In this document: one piece after another, positions 1 through 9,463 of the stretch
Layout: every line of letters starts with the position of its first letter
Numbering within the stretch: the stretch's first letter is position 1
Source of the DNA: Thermoplasmata archaeon
GTDB taxonomy: Archaea; Thermoplasmatota; Thermoplasmata; Lutacidiplasmatales; UBA184
Direction of reading: 5' to 3'
Length of the DNA stretch: 64,000 nucleotides
Assembly (NCBI GenBank): GCA_035933635.1
Contig: DASYYY010000022.1
Span: 130,417-194,416 of the forward strand
Notes under the pieces: model-generated
Database searches by the model: none
What the model saw: only the letters and a program-made list of their open reading frames with translations
What the model was told of the DNA's origin: nothing
Translations under genes and position numbers: made by a program

Positions 1-10
1 ACCCTGTGTG

Positions 11-18
11 TTTATATG
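11..18 (+). promoter_or_regulatory. Archaeal TATA box for the first operon
   Basis: TTTATATG in a GC-rich context about 42 nt upstream of ATG 60; GGAGG at 41-45. Confidence 0.55.
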
Positions 19-59
19 TCAGTGCAGGGTCGTACAAGTGGGAGGACTCCCACCCGGGG

Positions 60-1070
60 ATGGAGGCACGCGAGCGGACGATTGCCCGCGTGCGGGAGCT
101 CCTCGAGCGCGCCGGGTTCGTCGTATCGGATGCGCACGGCATCCGTCCGACCAGCTTCGACCTGATGGTCCGGCGCGATTCGCAACTTCTGATCCTGAAG
201 GTCCTGAAGAACATCGACGCTCTTGCGCCGGAAGAAGCCAACCGGCTTCGCGTTCTGGGCGAGCTGTTCCACGCGACCCCATTGATCCTGGGCGAAGCGT
301 CGGGTGCGACGATGCTCGAATCGGGAGTGGTCTACACGCGCTACGGCGTGCCGATCCTCACGGAGGAGAGCTTCGGGGAGTATCTCCTCCGGGGGGTCCC
401 CCCGTTCTTGTTCTCGAGCCCGGGCGGAGTATTCGCCCGAATCGACGGCTCCCGCCTCCGCGAGCTACGCGAGGCCCGGGGGCTCTCGCTCGGAGCCCTC
501 GCCGGCATCGCTGGCGTGACCCGGCGGACGATCCAGCTGTACGAGGACGGCGGGGGCGCCGAGATCTCCATCGTCGAGCGGATCGAGACCTATCTCCACG
601 ATACGGTCGTGCGGCCCGTCGAGGTCTTTCCGGTCCGTCCGGCTTCCCCGTCGAAGTCGGCCGACCCGGCGGAGCGCGAGTCGGAGTCGGCGCCCCCGCC
701 GCGCCCCCCGGCCCAGGTGCTCCCGACCGGCGACGTGCTGCGCGACGACGTCTTCCGTCAGCTCGACACGATGGGCTTCCGCGTGGTCGTTACGGTCCGG
801 TGCCCGTTCGATGCGTTCACCCACGCCGATGCACGTGGCGAGGAGGAGATCCTCCTCACGGGGGTCGGCTCGCTCCGGAGCGCGGCGAACCGTGCCGAGG
901 TGCTCCAGGGTCTCGCCCAAGTGATCGAGGGCCACTCGATGTTCGTCACCCGCGACAAGACGCACCGCGAGTCGATCGACGGGCTGCCGATCATCACCAT
1001 CCGCGAGCTGCACCGCCACCGCGACCCGGACGAGCTGGTCGAGCTCCTCCACGAGCGAGAAGGTCCGTGA
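60..1070 (+). CDS. Archaeal HTH (XRE/cro-like) transcriptional regulator with endonuclease-like flanking domains (COG1395-like)
   Basis: SFDL..RR...LILKVLKNID N-terminus, central HTH LRELREARGLSLGALAGIAGVTRRTIQLYE, CPFDA motif. Confidence 0.85.
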   Translation: MEARERTIARVRELLERAGFVVSDAHGIRPTSFDLMVRRDSQLLILKVLKNIDALAPEEANRLRVLGELFHATPLILGEASGATMLESGVVYTRYGVPILTEESFGEYLLRGVPPFLFSSPGGVFARIDGSRLRELREARGLSLGALAGIAGVTRRTIQLYEDGGGAEISIVERIETYLHDTVVRPVEVFPVRPASPSKSADPAERESESAPPPRPPAQVLPTGDVLRDDVFRQLDTMGFRVVVTVRCPFDAFTHADARGEEEILLTGVGSLRSAANRAEVLQGLAQVIEGHSMFVTRDKTHRESIDGLPIITIRELHRHRDPDELVELLHEREGP

Positions 1071-1708
1071 TCCGGGCGCGCCCCGACGGTGTTCGGGGGG
1101 TCGAGATCGTCGGCGTGGTCCGGGGGATCGCGCGGGAGGCGGTCGAGCTCTCCCGCGTGCTCGAGGAGACCTCCCCCGAGGTCGTCGCGCTCGCCCTCTC
1201 GACCGAGGAAGCGCAGAGTCTCACCGAGCACTTCGTCCAGCGGCCGACCGAGCCGTTCGTCCCCTTGCTCGGTAGCGAGACGGTGGAGATTCGTGAGCTG
1301 TCCCGCTACGGCGAGGTCCGGGTCCCGCATCCGGCGTTTCTCGAAGCGCTCGAGTGGGCCAAGCGCCGCAATCGGCGCATCGTGCCCGTCGACCCGAGCG
1401 AAGAACGGTACGCCGAGATGTTCGCTGAGGAGATCGGGTACTTTGAACTGGTGCGGCGCACCCTGCGGGAGAAGCGTCTTTTGCGCTCCCCCCCGAAGGC
1501 GCCGGACGCCGACGGATTCATCCTCGACTGGGACCGGATCCTCAATCGCGGGGGTGGCAGCCGAAGGCTCCAGCGGCGCCGTGAGGCGGCCGTCGCGGAG
1601 GCGTTGCGCTCCCTCGCGCCGCGAGCGCGGGGTATCAGCTGCGTGATCGACCGGGAGCGGGTCCCAGCGTTGCTCGCCGCCCTCGAAGCGCCTGTGTCGG
1701 CGAACTAG
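1067..1708 (+). CDS. Conserved hypothetical protein (weak TraB-like features)
   Basis: GTGA overlap with upstream stop; globular sequence (PEVVALAL, IVPVD, RRREAAVAEAL). Confidence 0.65.
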   Translation: MIRARPDGVRGVEIVGVVRGIAREAVELSRVLEETSPEVVALALSTEEAQSLTEHFVQRPTEPFVPLLGSETVEIRELSRYGEVRVPHPAFLEALEWAKRRNRRIVPVDPSEERYAEMFAEEIGYFELVRRTLREKRLLRSPPKAPDADGFILDWDRILNRGGGSRRLQRRREAAVAEALRSLAPRARGISCVIDRERVPALLAALEAPVSAN

Positions 1709-2235
1709 GGCCGCGTCGCGGACTCGACCGCCGCGCGGGTCCCGCCGGCATCGAGCTGCGCGGCTCCGACGCCCAGCACATCGGGCCGGTAGGCCCATCC
1801 CCGGAGCAGCACCGAGTCGGGAACGATCCGGACCAAGCGCATCGGCAGACGCCCCTGGACCGTGCCGGATTCCGAGCGCGGCGAGGCGTGGTACCCGGCC
1901 AAGTGTCGGTAGTAGCGCGTGAGCAGCCGGGAGCCCCGGGCGTCGTCGAACGGTTCGACGGTGGCGTTCCCCCGGAGGCTCACGTGCTGCAGGAGCCCCT
2001 CCCGGGGACGGAAATCTACGACGGCGACGGCGACCCGGCCGTCCGAGGCCACGCGGCGCTGGAAGGTGTTGTACCCGTCCTCCACGATGGTCCACAGCGC
2101 GCCCTCCTCCCAGATGAACCAGGCCACGGAGGCACGCCCGCCCTCGGGAGAGAGCGTGGAGATGATGGCGAGTAGCGGGCGGGTCAGGAACTCATCGAGG
2201 TCGTACTCCCCTCCCTTCCCGCGGGTGATCCGCAT
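1705..2235 (-). CDS. Pyridoxamine 5'-phosphate oxidase-like (split-barrel flavin/F420-binding) protein
   Basis: EFLTRPLLAIISTL..G...VAWF, DGRVAVAV, VSLRGNATV pattern. Confidence 0.8.
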   Translation of the reverse strand: MRITRGKGGEYDLDEFLTRPLLAIISTLSPEGGRASVAWFIWEEGALWTIVEDGYNTFQRRVASDGRVAVAVVDFRPREGLLQHVSLRGNATVEPFDDARGSRLLTRYYRHLAGYHASPRSESGTVQGRLPMRLVRIVPDSVLLRGWAYRPDVLGVGAAQLDAGGTRAAVESATRP

Positions 2236-2254
2236 CGGCGGTATCCCCCGGCCC

Positions 2255-2797
2255 TCAGACCTCGCGGTCGAGGATCTCCTGGAGCTTGGTGCGCGCGGCC
2301 GCGCGGAAGGTCTCGAGGCTGCCCTCGTTGAGCAGCATCCCGTCGGCGAGCGTGAAGGCGTTGCCGATCCCCCACTTGAGCTCGCGGCGGTCCCGGTCGT
2401 ACATCTCCTGGAGGTTCGCGCCGTCGTCCCCCCGGCTCCGTTGCATCATCCGGTCGTGCCGGGTCTCGGGCGAGGCGAAGATCCCCAGGACGTAGAAATC
2501 CCCGAAGTTGTGCCGGAACACCGACAGCTCCGCGTCCGAGCGGCAGCCGTCGACGAGCATCTTGGTCTCCGTGAGCTTGGGGAGCGCCCGCTGGGCCCAG
2601 ATCCCCGGGCCGTGCTTGTCCCGCTCCTCGCTGGCGATCCGCGCGACGTTGGCGTTGGTCAGACCGAGCCCCCGACGGCGCGTCTCGTCGCGGACCAGGT
2701 CCCCCATCTTCAGCGTCGCCACCCCCATGCGGTGGGCGACCTCGATGAGCTCGTCCTTGCCGGAGCCCGGCATGCCGACGGTGACGATCAGTCTCAT
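2255..2797 (-). CDS. Archaeal P-loop nucleotide kinase (UPF0200/dephospho-CoA kinase-like)
   Basis: GMPGSGK Walker A, MGDLVR, VDGCRS, RDRRELKWG. Confidence 0.85.
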   Translation of the reverse strand: MRLIVTVGMPGSGKDELIEVAHRMGVATLKMGDLVRDETRRRGLGLTNANVARIASEERDKHGPGIWAQRALPKLTETKMLVDGCRSDAELSVFRHNFGDFYVLGIFASPETRHDRMMQRSRGDDGANLQEMYDRDRRELKWGIGNAFTLADGMLLNEGSLETFRAAARTKLQEILDREV

Positions 2798-3411
2798 GCC
2801 CGGTGGATCGGCTCGGGCCCGCCCGCGGACCCGGCGCCGGCGGCCGGCGCCACGAGCGCCCCTTCGGTCGCCTTCTGCAGTCGATCGGCGCGTTCCCGGT
2901 AGGTCTGGGCCTCGAGCGCCTCGACCCGGGCGTGCTCGAGGTACTCGTCGGACTTCACCTTGAGCTCCGCGGCCTTCTGCGTCTTGATCGCCGCCCGGTG
3001 CTCGAGCTTCTGGGCCTTGTCCTTGAGGTTGACGATCTTCTGTTGGAGCTTCTGGTTGCGGTAGTACATGGCGGTCACGTCGCTCCCGATGACGATGCCG
3101 CGGGTGCGCTCGTTCTGCGCCTGGATCTGACGGCTGTTCTGGTCGATCTGCTGCTGGAGTTCGGGTACTCGGCCGCGGACCGTCTCGGCCTTCTCACGAA
3201 GGACGGTCGCGACGTGACGCAGCTTCTCGATCTTCACGAGCACGCGGGCCTGCTTGGACGTCCAGCGGGAAGACAGGTGGTCGTGCTTCGCGGCGACCTC
3301 GCGCAGCTTGGTGATGTCGGCGTATTCCTGCCCCAGCCAACGACTTTCCCGAGCCGCCACGATGTGAGCGTGCGAGGGGGAGGGCGGGGGCGCCTCTCCG
3401 CCAGAAGACAT
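2794..3411 (-). CDS. Coiled-coil hypothetical protein
   Basis: K/E/Q/A-rich heptads, clean coding-like codon use, ATGA coupling to the kinase gene. Confidence 0.75.
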   Translation of the reverse strand: MSSGGEAPPPSPSHAHIVAARESRWLGQEYADITKLREVAAKHDHLSSRWTSKQARVLVKIEKLRHVATVLREKAETVRGRVPELQQQIDQNSRQIQAQNERTRGIVIGSDVTAMYYRNQKLQQKIVNLKDKAQKLEHRAAIKTQKAAELKVKSDEYLEHARVEALEAQTYRERADRLQKATEGALVAPAAGAGSAGGPEPIHRA

Positions 3412-3480
3412 GCTTTTTTGGATGCGGGGCCCGCCATATGACAGTTCCGTCGTCGGAGACGATCGGCGACCCGAGCGGAC

Positions 3481-4998
3481 TCACGCGCTGGCGAGCCGGC
3501 CGGGTCGAGGGGGCGCGGTCGTGCCCCGGAGCCGGTCCGCGAGGGCGGCGATGGGCAGGCGTTCTTGGGACTTCGAGTCCCGCTCGCGCAGGGTCACGGT
3601 GCCGAAGTTCGCGTGACCGGCCTCGATCGTCTCGCCATCGACCGTGATGCAGAAGGGAGTTCCGCCTTCGTCCATACGGGCATAGCGCTTCCCGATCGAG
3701 CCGGCAGCGTCGCTCACGGCCCGGATCCCGGCGGCGCGGAGCGTCTCGACCACACGAATCGCCTCGGCCGAATGTTCCTTCTTCAGGAGCGGGAACACCG
3801 CCACCGGTACCGGCGCGATGTAGGTCGGCAGCCGCCAGAGCGTCCGATCCTCCGTCGCGGAGATCCCCTGATCGGCGAGCGCCCAGAGGTTGCGGTCGAC
3901 GCCGAAGGTCAGCTCCAGGACATGGGGGACCAACCGACGCCCCTCGCCGCGGGCCACGCTCAGGTCCTTACCCGAGCCCGCCCCGTGGCGGGTCAGGTCG
4001 TAGTCGCCGCGGTAGTGGACCGCCCCGAGCTCCTTGTACCCACCGAGGCTCTCCAGCCGGACCTCGACGTCGAACTGGACCTTGTTGTAGAACGCCCGCT
4101 CCTCGTCGGATTTCTCCCACAGGCGGATCGACCCCGGCCGATAGCCCAGAACGTCCCGGTAGAAGCGGTGCGTCGCGGCGAGGTGAAAGACATAGAACTC
4201 CGGCAGCCCGCCGGAGCTGACGAGCTCGCGCGCCCGAACCCCGTGGATCTCGCCGTCTCCGGCGATGCGGGCCGCCGCGCGAACGACCGGCAGCTCGTCG
4301 TCGGCGACCTCCGCGAAGGGGACGGGGAACGCCTCCGGGTCGAAGAAGATCTGGAGCTCCGCCTGCGTGAAGACCCGCATCCGGAACAGCACCTGGCGGG
4401 GCGCGATCTCGTTGCGGTAGGCGTGGCCGATGACCGCGATACCGAGCGGGAGCGCCCTCCGCCCGACCTCCCACATGCGTGAGAAGGCGAGGTAGCTCGC
4501 TTGCGCCGTCTCCGGCTGGAGGTAGGCCTTCTCGCGCCCGGTGACGCCGAAGTCCAGGCCGAACATCAGGTTGAACGGACGGGGCACCTCCAGCTGCGTG
4601 CTCCCGCAGAACGGACACCGGGCCTGGTGCTCCTTCAGGAGCTCGCCGATCTGCGCCGGCGAAAGCCCGTCGACACCCTCCGGACGGGCGGACTCGAGAA
4701 CCGTCTCGGCGCGGAAAGCGTTGTGGCAGCTGCCGCAGGTGACCTCCGGGTCGGTGAAGTTCTCGAGGTGCCCGCTCGCTCGGACGACGGCCTCCGGGAG
4801 GATCTCGGCCGGTTCGATGAGGTAGTAGTCGTCGCTCAGTCCGAGGAACCAGCTCTGCCAAGCGGCCTCGATCCGGGCCTTGAGCGCGGCGCCGAGCGGA
4901 CCGTAGTCGTACAGGCCCTGGGCGCCGCCGTAGATCTCCGCCGAGGGCCACAGCACGCCGCGTCGCCGCAGGAGCGCGAACAGCTCGTCGCTTTTCAT
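3481..4998 (-). CDS. glyS: Glycine--tRNA ligase (archaeal/eukaryal alpha2 type)
   Basis: IYGG..GLYDYGPLG, SGHLENFTDP, LQPETAQ, YRNEIAPRQ..FRMRVFTQAE, GSIGKRYARMDEGG; true start MKSDELF at 4998. Confidence 0.97.
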   Translation of the reverse strand: MKSDELFALLRRRGVLWPSAEIYGGAQGLYDYGPLGAALKARIEAAWQSWFLGLSDDYYLIEPAEILPEAVVRASGHLENFTDPEVTCGSCHNAFRAETVLESARPEGVDGLSPAQIGELLKEHQARCPFCGSTQLEVPRPFNLMFGLDFGVTGREKAYLQPETAQASYLAFSRMWEVGRRALPLGIAVIGHAYRNEIAPRQVLFRMRVFTQAELQIFFDPEAFPVPFAEVADDELPVVRAAARIAGDGEIHGVRARELVSSGGLPEFYVFHLAATHRFYRDVLGYRPGSIRLWEKSDEERAFYNKVQFDVEVRLESLGGYKELGAVHYRGDYDLTRHGAGSGKDLSVARGEGRRLVPHVLELTFGVDRNLWALADQGISATEDRTLWRLPTYIAPVPVAVFPLLKKEHSAEAIRVVETLRAAGIRAVSDAAGSIGKRYARMDEGGTPFCITVDGETIEAGHANFGTVTLRERDSKSQERLPIAALADRLRGTTAPPRPGRLASA

Positions 4999-6086
4999 CG
5001 GCTCGGACCCCGTACTCCCCCGGTCGCCGAGCGGATGATGAGGTGATCGGCGGCCCGGGTCACGACCTGGTACTCCGGATCGTCGACGGGGAGGCGGAGC
5101 ACGAGCGGCGGGGCCGGGTTCCCCGCGTCGAGCCGGGATCGCTCGGGCTGCCCGAGCCACTTCCACGGTTCGAGGAACGCGGCGCGAACGAGGAACGACG
5201 GAGAGACCGGGCGCCGCAAGAGGCGTTGGCTCGCGTAGGCGAACTCCAGTTCCCGCAGCATCGAGGGTGCGCTGAACATCGCGTTGTCGGTCCCGAGGAG
5301 GACCCGTACCCCGGCGCGTTCGAACCGCCGGAAGTCCGGCACGTGCCCGAACAGCGCGTTGGAGCGCGGGCAGACGGCGACCGCGACGTTCTCCTCCGCC
5401 ACGGCCCGGAGGTCGGGCTCGGTGGCCCGGAACATGTGGATGAGGAGATCCGGCCGGGGTCGCAGGTACGCGTCGACCGGTTCGCGCACCACCTCGCTGG
5501 CGTGGAGGGCGTAGCGCTTGCCTCGCGTGCGGCAGGCCGAGGCGATGGCCGTCCGCGTGGGGAGGTCCTCCTCCCGCGCGGAGCTGAGCCCGACGCCATC
5601 GGCACGGGCGAGTAATCGATCGAGCTCGCCCCGTTCGAGCGGCCGTGCCAGTGGACGACCGAGCGCAATGACCTCGATGGGGAGTCCCTTGGCCGCGGCG
5701 CGGAGCGTCTCGATGCCGGGGAGACCCTCCTCGCGAAAGTCCACGACCGCACCCACGCCCTCGCGGACCATGCGACCGAGCGCCTCGCGGATGGCGGCAC
5801 GTTTGGCCGCCGGCGGCGTCGCGGACAGGACGCGAAACTTGACCCCGTGCGGGGGGGCGACGATCCTCGAAACCGGGCCCGCGGGCGGCTCGCGGCCGAA
5901 CGCGGCGTCGCCCAAATGGGTGTGCGAGTTCACCGGCGCCGGAAGCGCGATCCCGCGTACGCGCCGCTCGCGCCCCCGCGTCGAATCGGTCCCGATCGCC
6001 CCCCGTTCGACGATGCGTCCGCTCTTGATGCGGAGGTAGCCGGAGTGTGCGCCCTCCGAGTCCACGAGCGCGCCCTCGACGATCAT
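4995..6086 (-). CDS. Amidohydrolase family protein (probable nucleoside deaminase)
   Basis: VNSHTHLGD metal motif, LHASE, CPRSN, LGTDN. Confidence 0.88.
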   Translation of the reverse strand: MIVEGALVDSEGAHSGYLRIKSGRIVERGAIGTDSTRGRERRVRGIALPAPVNSHTHLGDAAFGREPPAGPVSRIVAPPHGVKFRVLSATPPAAKRAAIREALGRMVREGVGAVVDFREEGLPGIETLRAAAKGLPIEVIALGRPLARPLERGELDRLLARADGVGLSSAREEDLPTRTAIASACRTRGKRYALHASEVVREPVDAYLRPRPDLLIHMFRATEPDLRAVAEENVAVAVCPRSNALFGHVPDFRRFERAGVRVLLGTDNAMFSAPSMLRELEFAYASQRLLRRPVSPSFLVRAAFLEPWKWLGQPERSRLDAGNPAPPLVLRLPVDDPEYQVVTRAADHLIIRSATGGVRGPSR

Positions 6087-6194
6087 TCGGGGCCGGTCGG
6101 GCGCCGCGCGATATCTCCCTTGCGCCGAAGGAAGCTTCGGCATTCGAGCGGGCGGGCTCGGGTAAGCCTATCACTTGGGTCTCCTCGGCCCCAC

Positions 6195-7100
6195 GTGGAT
6201 GATGCGGAGACTGCAGGTTCCCGGTCGCTCGACCTCCTTGTGGCCGGTCACATCAACATCGACCACTTCCTCACCGTCCGCGAGCTTCCCGGTGTCGACC
6301 GCACGGTGCCGCTCCTGGGCCAGCGCACGGAGCTCGGCGGGACCGCCGCCACCTTGGCACGCGTGGCGGCGCGCGCCGGGGTACGGACCGGGCTCGTCGC
6401 CCGCGTGGGAGAGGACTTCCCGGGGGAGTACCGCCGTCTGCTCACCGGCGAGGGCCTCGACCTGGCCGGAGTGGAGTCGGTCCCCGGGGCGCGGTCGCCG
6501 TGCTGCTTCATCATTCAGGACGAGCTCGAACGACAGGTGACGCTCATCGACCAAGGCGCGATGGGTGACACACGCGGCGCCGGAGCCCCCGACGGTCTCG
6601 TGGGCCGCGCCGACTGGCTGCACTTGGGAACGGGCGATCCGGCCTACCTCTTGCGGCTCCGCCAGGCGGCGCTCTCGCAGAAGGTGCACTTCGTGGTGGA
6701 CCCCGCGCAGGAGATCCATTACCGTTGGGATTCCCCGGCCTTTCGCCGCCTCCTCGAAGGGGCGGAGATTCTGTTCGGCAACGAGGCGGAGATCCAGCGG
6801 GCGCGTCGGCTCGTGGGAGCTTCCAGCGCGAGCGAACTGCTCCGCCACGTTCCGATGGTCGTTGTCACGCGCGCCTCGCGCGGTGCTCGGGCTCTTACCC
6901 GCGGGGGTATCGTCGAGGTCCCCGCCCGGCGCGTGGGACGGCTCAAGCAAGTCACCGGCGCGGGCGATGCGTTCCGGGGGGGGTTCTATGCAGCCTATCT
7001 ACGGGGCGAACCCTTGCGCGCGTCGTTGACCGCCGGAACGCACCGTGCGGCGAGTTGGATCCGTCACGGCGGGTTCGAGCCCGGGGCGCGGAAGAACTGA
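6195..7100 (+). CDS. PfkB family carbohydrate/nucleoside kinase
   Basis: GHINID, LGGTAAT, VGEDF, DPAQE, NEAE, TGAGDAFRGG; start (GTG 6195) approximate. Confidence 0.9.
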   Translation: MDDAETAGSRSLDLLVAGHINIDHFLTVRELPGVDRTVPLLGQRTELGGTAATLARVAARAGVRTGLVARVGEDFPGEYRRLLTGEGLDLAGVESVPGARSPCCFIIQDELERQVTLIDQGAMGDTRGAGAPDGLVGRADWLHLGTGDPAYLLRLRQAALSQKVHFVVDPAQEIHYRWDSPAFRRLLEGAEILFGNEAEIQRARRLVGASSASELLRHVPMVVVTRASRGARALTRGGIVEVPARRVGRLKQVTGAGDAFRGGFYAAYLRGEPLRASLTAGTHRAASWIRHGGFEPGARKN

Positions 7101-7103
7101 ACA

Positions 7104-8381
7104 ATGAAGATGCGCCCGTTCGGCCAACTACTCCCCGTCGAGACCGCGGTCGCCCGACTCCTGCGGGCAACCCACCCTGTCCGCGGCGTCGAGCACCTCC
7201 CGCTGGAGCTGGCCGCCGGTCGGGTCGCGGCGCGCGTCCACCGGGCGCGCACCAACGTGCCTCCGTTCGCCCGCGCGACGTGGGACGGTTACGCGCTGCG
7301 GTCGCGCGACACCCGCGGGGCTGCGCCGGAGAGCCCGCGGGGGTTGCGGATCGTCGGGGAGGTGTTCGCGGAACGGGCGCTCGAGCGGGCCCTCGGGCCG
7401 AACGAGACCGCCGCGATCGCTACCGGCGCGGCGCTCCCAAGGGGAGCGGATGCGGTGATCATCTTCGAGGAGGCTCCGGTCCGCGGCGACTGGCTGACGG
7501 TCCGTCGGTACGTGCGATTGGGGGAGCGGATCGCGCATCCCGGCGACGATTTCCCGCGCGGGGCCACGCTCGTCCGTCCGGGGGAGACGCTGACACCCGC
7601 GCGGTTGGGGGCGCTGGCGGCGAGCGGGCTGACCTCGACGACGGTCTTCCGAAGACCACGGGTAGCGATCATCCCCAACGGCAACGAGCTCGTCGAGCCC
7701 GGCCGACGGCTGCGCGGCGAGCAGATCTACGAATCGAACAATTTCGTGCTCTCGAGCTTCCTCCGCGCCGCCGGCGCGGAGCCGGAGCCGAATCCGCCGG
7801 TCATCGACGACCCCGCGAGGATCGAGCGGGCCATACGACGAAGTCTGGCCCGCAACGACGTGGTCGTCCTCACCGGCGGGAGCTCGGTGGGGGAGCGGGA
7901 CTTCCTGCCCCAGATCTTCCCGCGGGTCGGACGCCTGCTGTTCCATGGAATCGCGGTGCGCCCGGGCAAGCCCACGCTCGCCGCCTCCGTCGGCGACCGA
8001 CTGCTCCTCGGTCTACCGGGCCATCCGACCTCCTGCCTTTCGAACTGCTTCTGGATGCTCCTCCCGGTACTCCGCAAGCTTGGGCATTGCTCCGGACCTG
8101 GCACCGTTCGGACGACGGTCCGACTGGCCGAAGGCTACGAGATCGAACGCGGACACCTCGCGACGGTGGTGCCCTTCCGGGTCGCCGATGGCCGGGCGTG
8201 GCCCACGTTCAAGGGCTCCTCGGCGATTACCAGCCTGTCCTCCGCGAACGCCTACGCCCTGCTTCCCCCGGGACACGGAAGTCTTCGACGGGGCTCGGCC
8301 CTCGATGTCGAGCTGCTCCCCCCGCCGATCGGGGAGTCGCCCTACGGACCGAGCCCCTTACGCGCGGCCACGAAACGATAA
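7104..8381 (+). CDS. moeA: Molybdopterin molybdotransferase MoeA
   Basis: VPPFARATWDGYA, IATGAALPRGADAV, GNEL, TGGSSVGERD, RPGKP, GLPGHP. Confidence 0.95.
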   Translation: MKMRPFGQLLPVETAVARLLRATHPVRGVEHLPLELAAGRVAARVHRARTNVPPFARATWDGYALRSRDTRGAAPESPRGLRIVGEVFAERALERALGPNETAAIATGAALPRGADAVIIFEEAPVRGDWLTVRRYVRLGERIAHPGDDFPRGATLVRPGETLTPARLGALAASGLTSTTVFRRPRVAIIPNGNELVEPGRRLRGEQIYESNNFVLSSFLRAAGAEPEPNPPVIDDPARIERAIRRSLARNDVVVLTGGSSVGERDFLPQIFPRVGRLLFHGIAVRPGKPTLAASVGDRLLLGLPGHPTSCLSNCFWMLLPVLRKLGHCSGPGTVRTTVRLAEGYEIERGHLATVVPFRVADGRAWPTFKGSSAITSLSSANAYALLPPGHGSLRRGSALDVELLPPPIGESPYGPSPLRAATKR

Positions 8382-8406
8382 GCATGGTCGAACGCTTGCA
8401 TCTCTC

Positions 8407-9429
8407 GTGCGCGACCGGTACGGTCGTGAGGTCTCCGACCTCCGCATCTCGCTGACCCAGCGGTGCAACCTGCGCTGCGTGTTCTGCCACATGGAGGGTC
8501 AGCCCGTCGCCCGGGAGGAGCTCACTGTCGCGGAGATCGCCCGCGTCGTCCGGGCGGGCACGCACGTAGGGATCGACCGGGTCAAGCTCACGGGGGGGGA
8601 GCCGACGCTCCGCACCGACCTTCCGGAGATCATCGCCGCGATCCGGCCGCACGTCCGCGAGATCTCCATGACCACGAACGCGCTCCTGCTCGACGGGCTC
8701 GCCCCGACCCTCCGCGCGGCGGGGCTCGACCGGGTCAACGTCAGCTTGCCCAGCCTCGACGCCTCGACCTACCACCGGTTGACCGGCGTCGACGGGGTCG
8801 ATCGGGTCCTTCGGGGGATCCGGGCCGCCGGCGAGGCCGGGTTGCGCCCCATCAAGCTCAACGTCGTCGCGCTCCACGGGGCGACCGACACCCCCGAGGC
8901 GGTCGACGCCCTCGTCCGGTTCGCCCAGGACGCCGGCGCCTGGCTCCAGGTCATCGAGTTCGAGCCCGTGCAGGGCCGTGTGGACCCGCGCATCTACCGC
9001 GCGCTCCATTCCGAGCTCGGTCGACTGACGGAGGAGGCGGCGGCCCAGGCGTTCGAGGTCACCCACAACCGGCTGCACGACCGACCCCGCTACACCTTCG
9101 ACTCCGGCGGGCGGCCCGCGACCGTCGAGGTGGTCCAGCCGGTCGCGAATCCCGACTTCTGCATGGCGTGCCACCGCCTCCGGCTCACCTCGAACGGGTT
9201 GCTCAAGGGCTGCCTGATGACCAACGAGGGCCTGATCGACCTGCGACCGGCCCTGCGCGCCGCCGACGGCCCCGCCGCGCAGGCGGAGTTGGTGGACGCC
9301 TTCGAGCGCGCGGTGCTTCGCCGCCGTCCGTTCTACGTCGGGCCGCAGACCCCCTCGCCCGCACCCGTCCCGGCCGGATTCGAGGAGTCGAGCGGTCCGT
9401 CGGGCGCGCACCTGCCGGTCATCTCCTGA
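8407..9429 (+). CDS. moaA: GTP 3',8-cyclase MoaA (radical SAM)
   Basis: DRYGR..LRISLTQRCNLRCVFCHMEG, LTGGEP, C-terminal FCMACHRLRLT..G.LKGCL; GTG start inferred. Confidence 0.95.
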   Translation: MRDRYGREVSDLRISLTQRCNLRCVFCHMEGQPVAREELTVAEIARVVRAGTHVGIDRVKLTGGEPTLRTDLPEIIAAIRPHVREISMTTNALLLDGLAPTLRAAGLDRVNVSLPSLDASTYHRLTGVDGVDRVLRGIRAAGEAGLRPIKLNVVALHGATDTPEAVDALVRFAQDAGAWLQVIEFEPVQGRVDPRIYRALHSELGRLTEEAAAQAFEVTHNRLHDRPRYTFDSGGRPATVEVVQPVANPDFCMACHRLRLTSNGLLKGCLMTNEGLIDLRPALRAADGPAAQAELVDAFERAVLRRRPFYVGPQTPSPAPVPAGFEESSGPSGAHLPVIS

Positions 9430-9463
9430 GGGTTCCGCGTTCGGCGATGGAGATCCCCCCACC

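Noticed and set aside
4999..6174. N-terminal extensions on GlyRS, and similarly on Lhr, UvrB, Trm1 and the 33843 ORF
   Set aside because: Artefacts of longest-ORF calling; the extensions overlap genuine neighbouring genes.
8384..8455. Frameshifted moaA start (out-of-frame ATG right after moeA)
   Set aside because: The in-frame GTG 8407 gives a normal xRDRYGR N-terminus, so no frameshift is needed.
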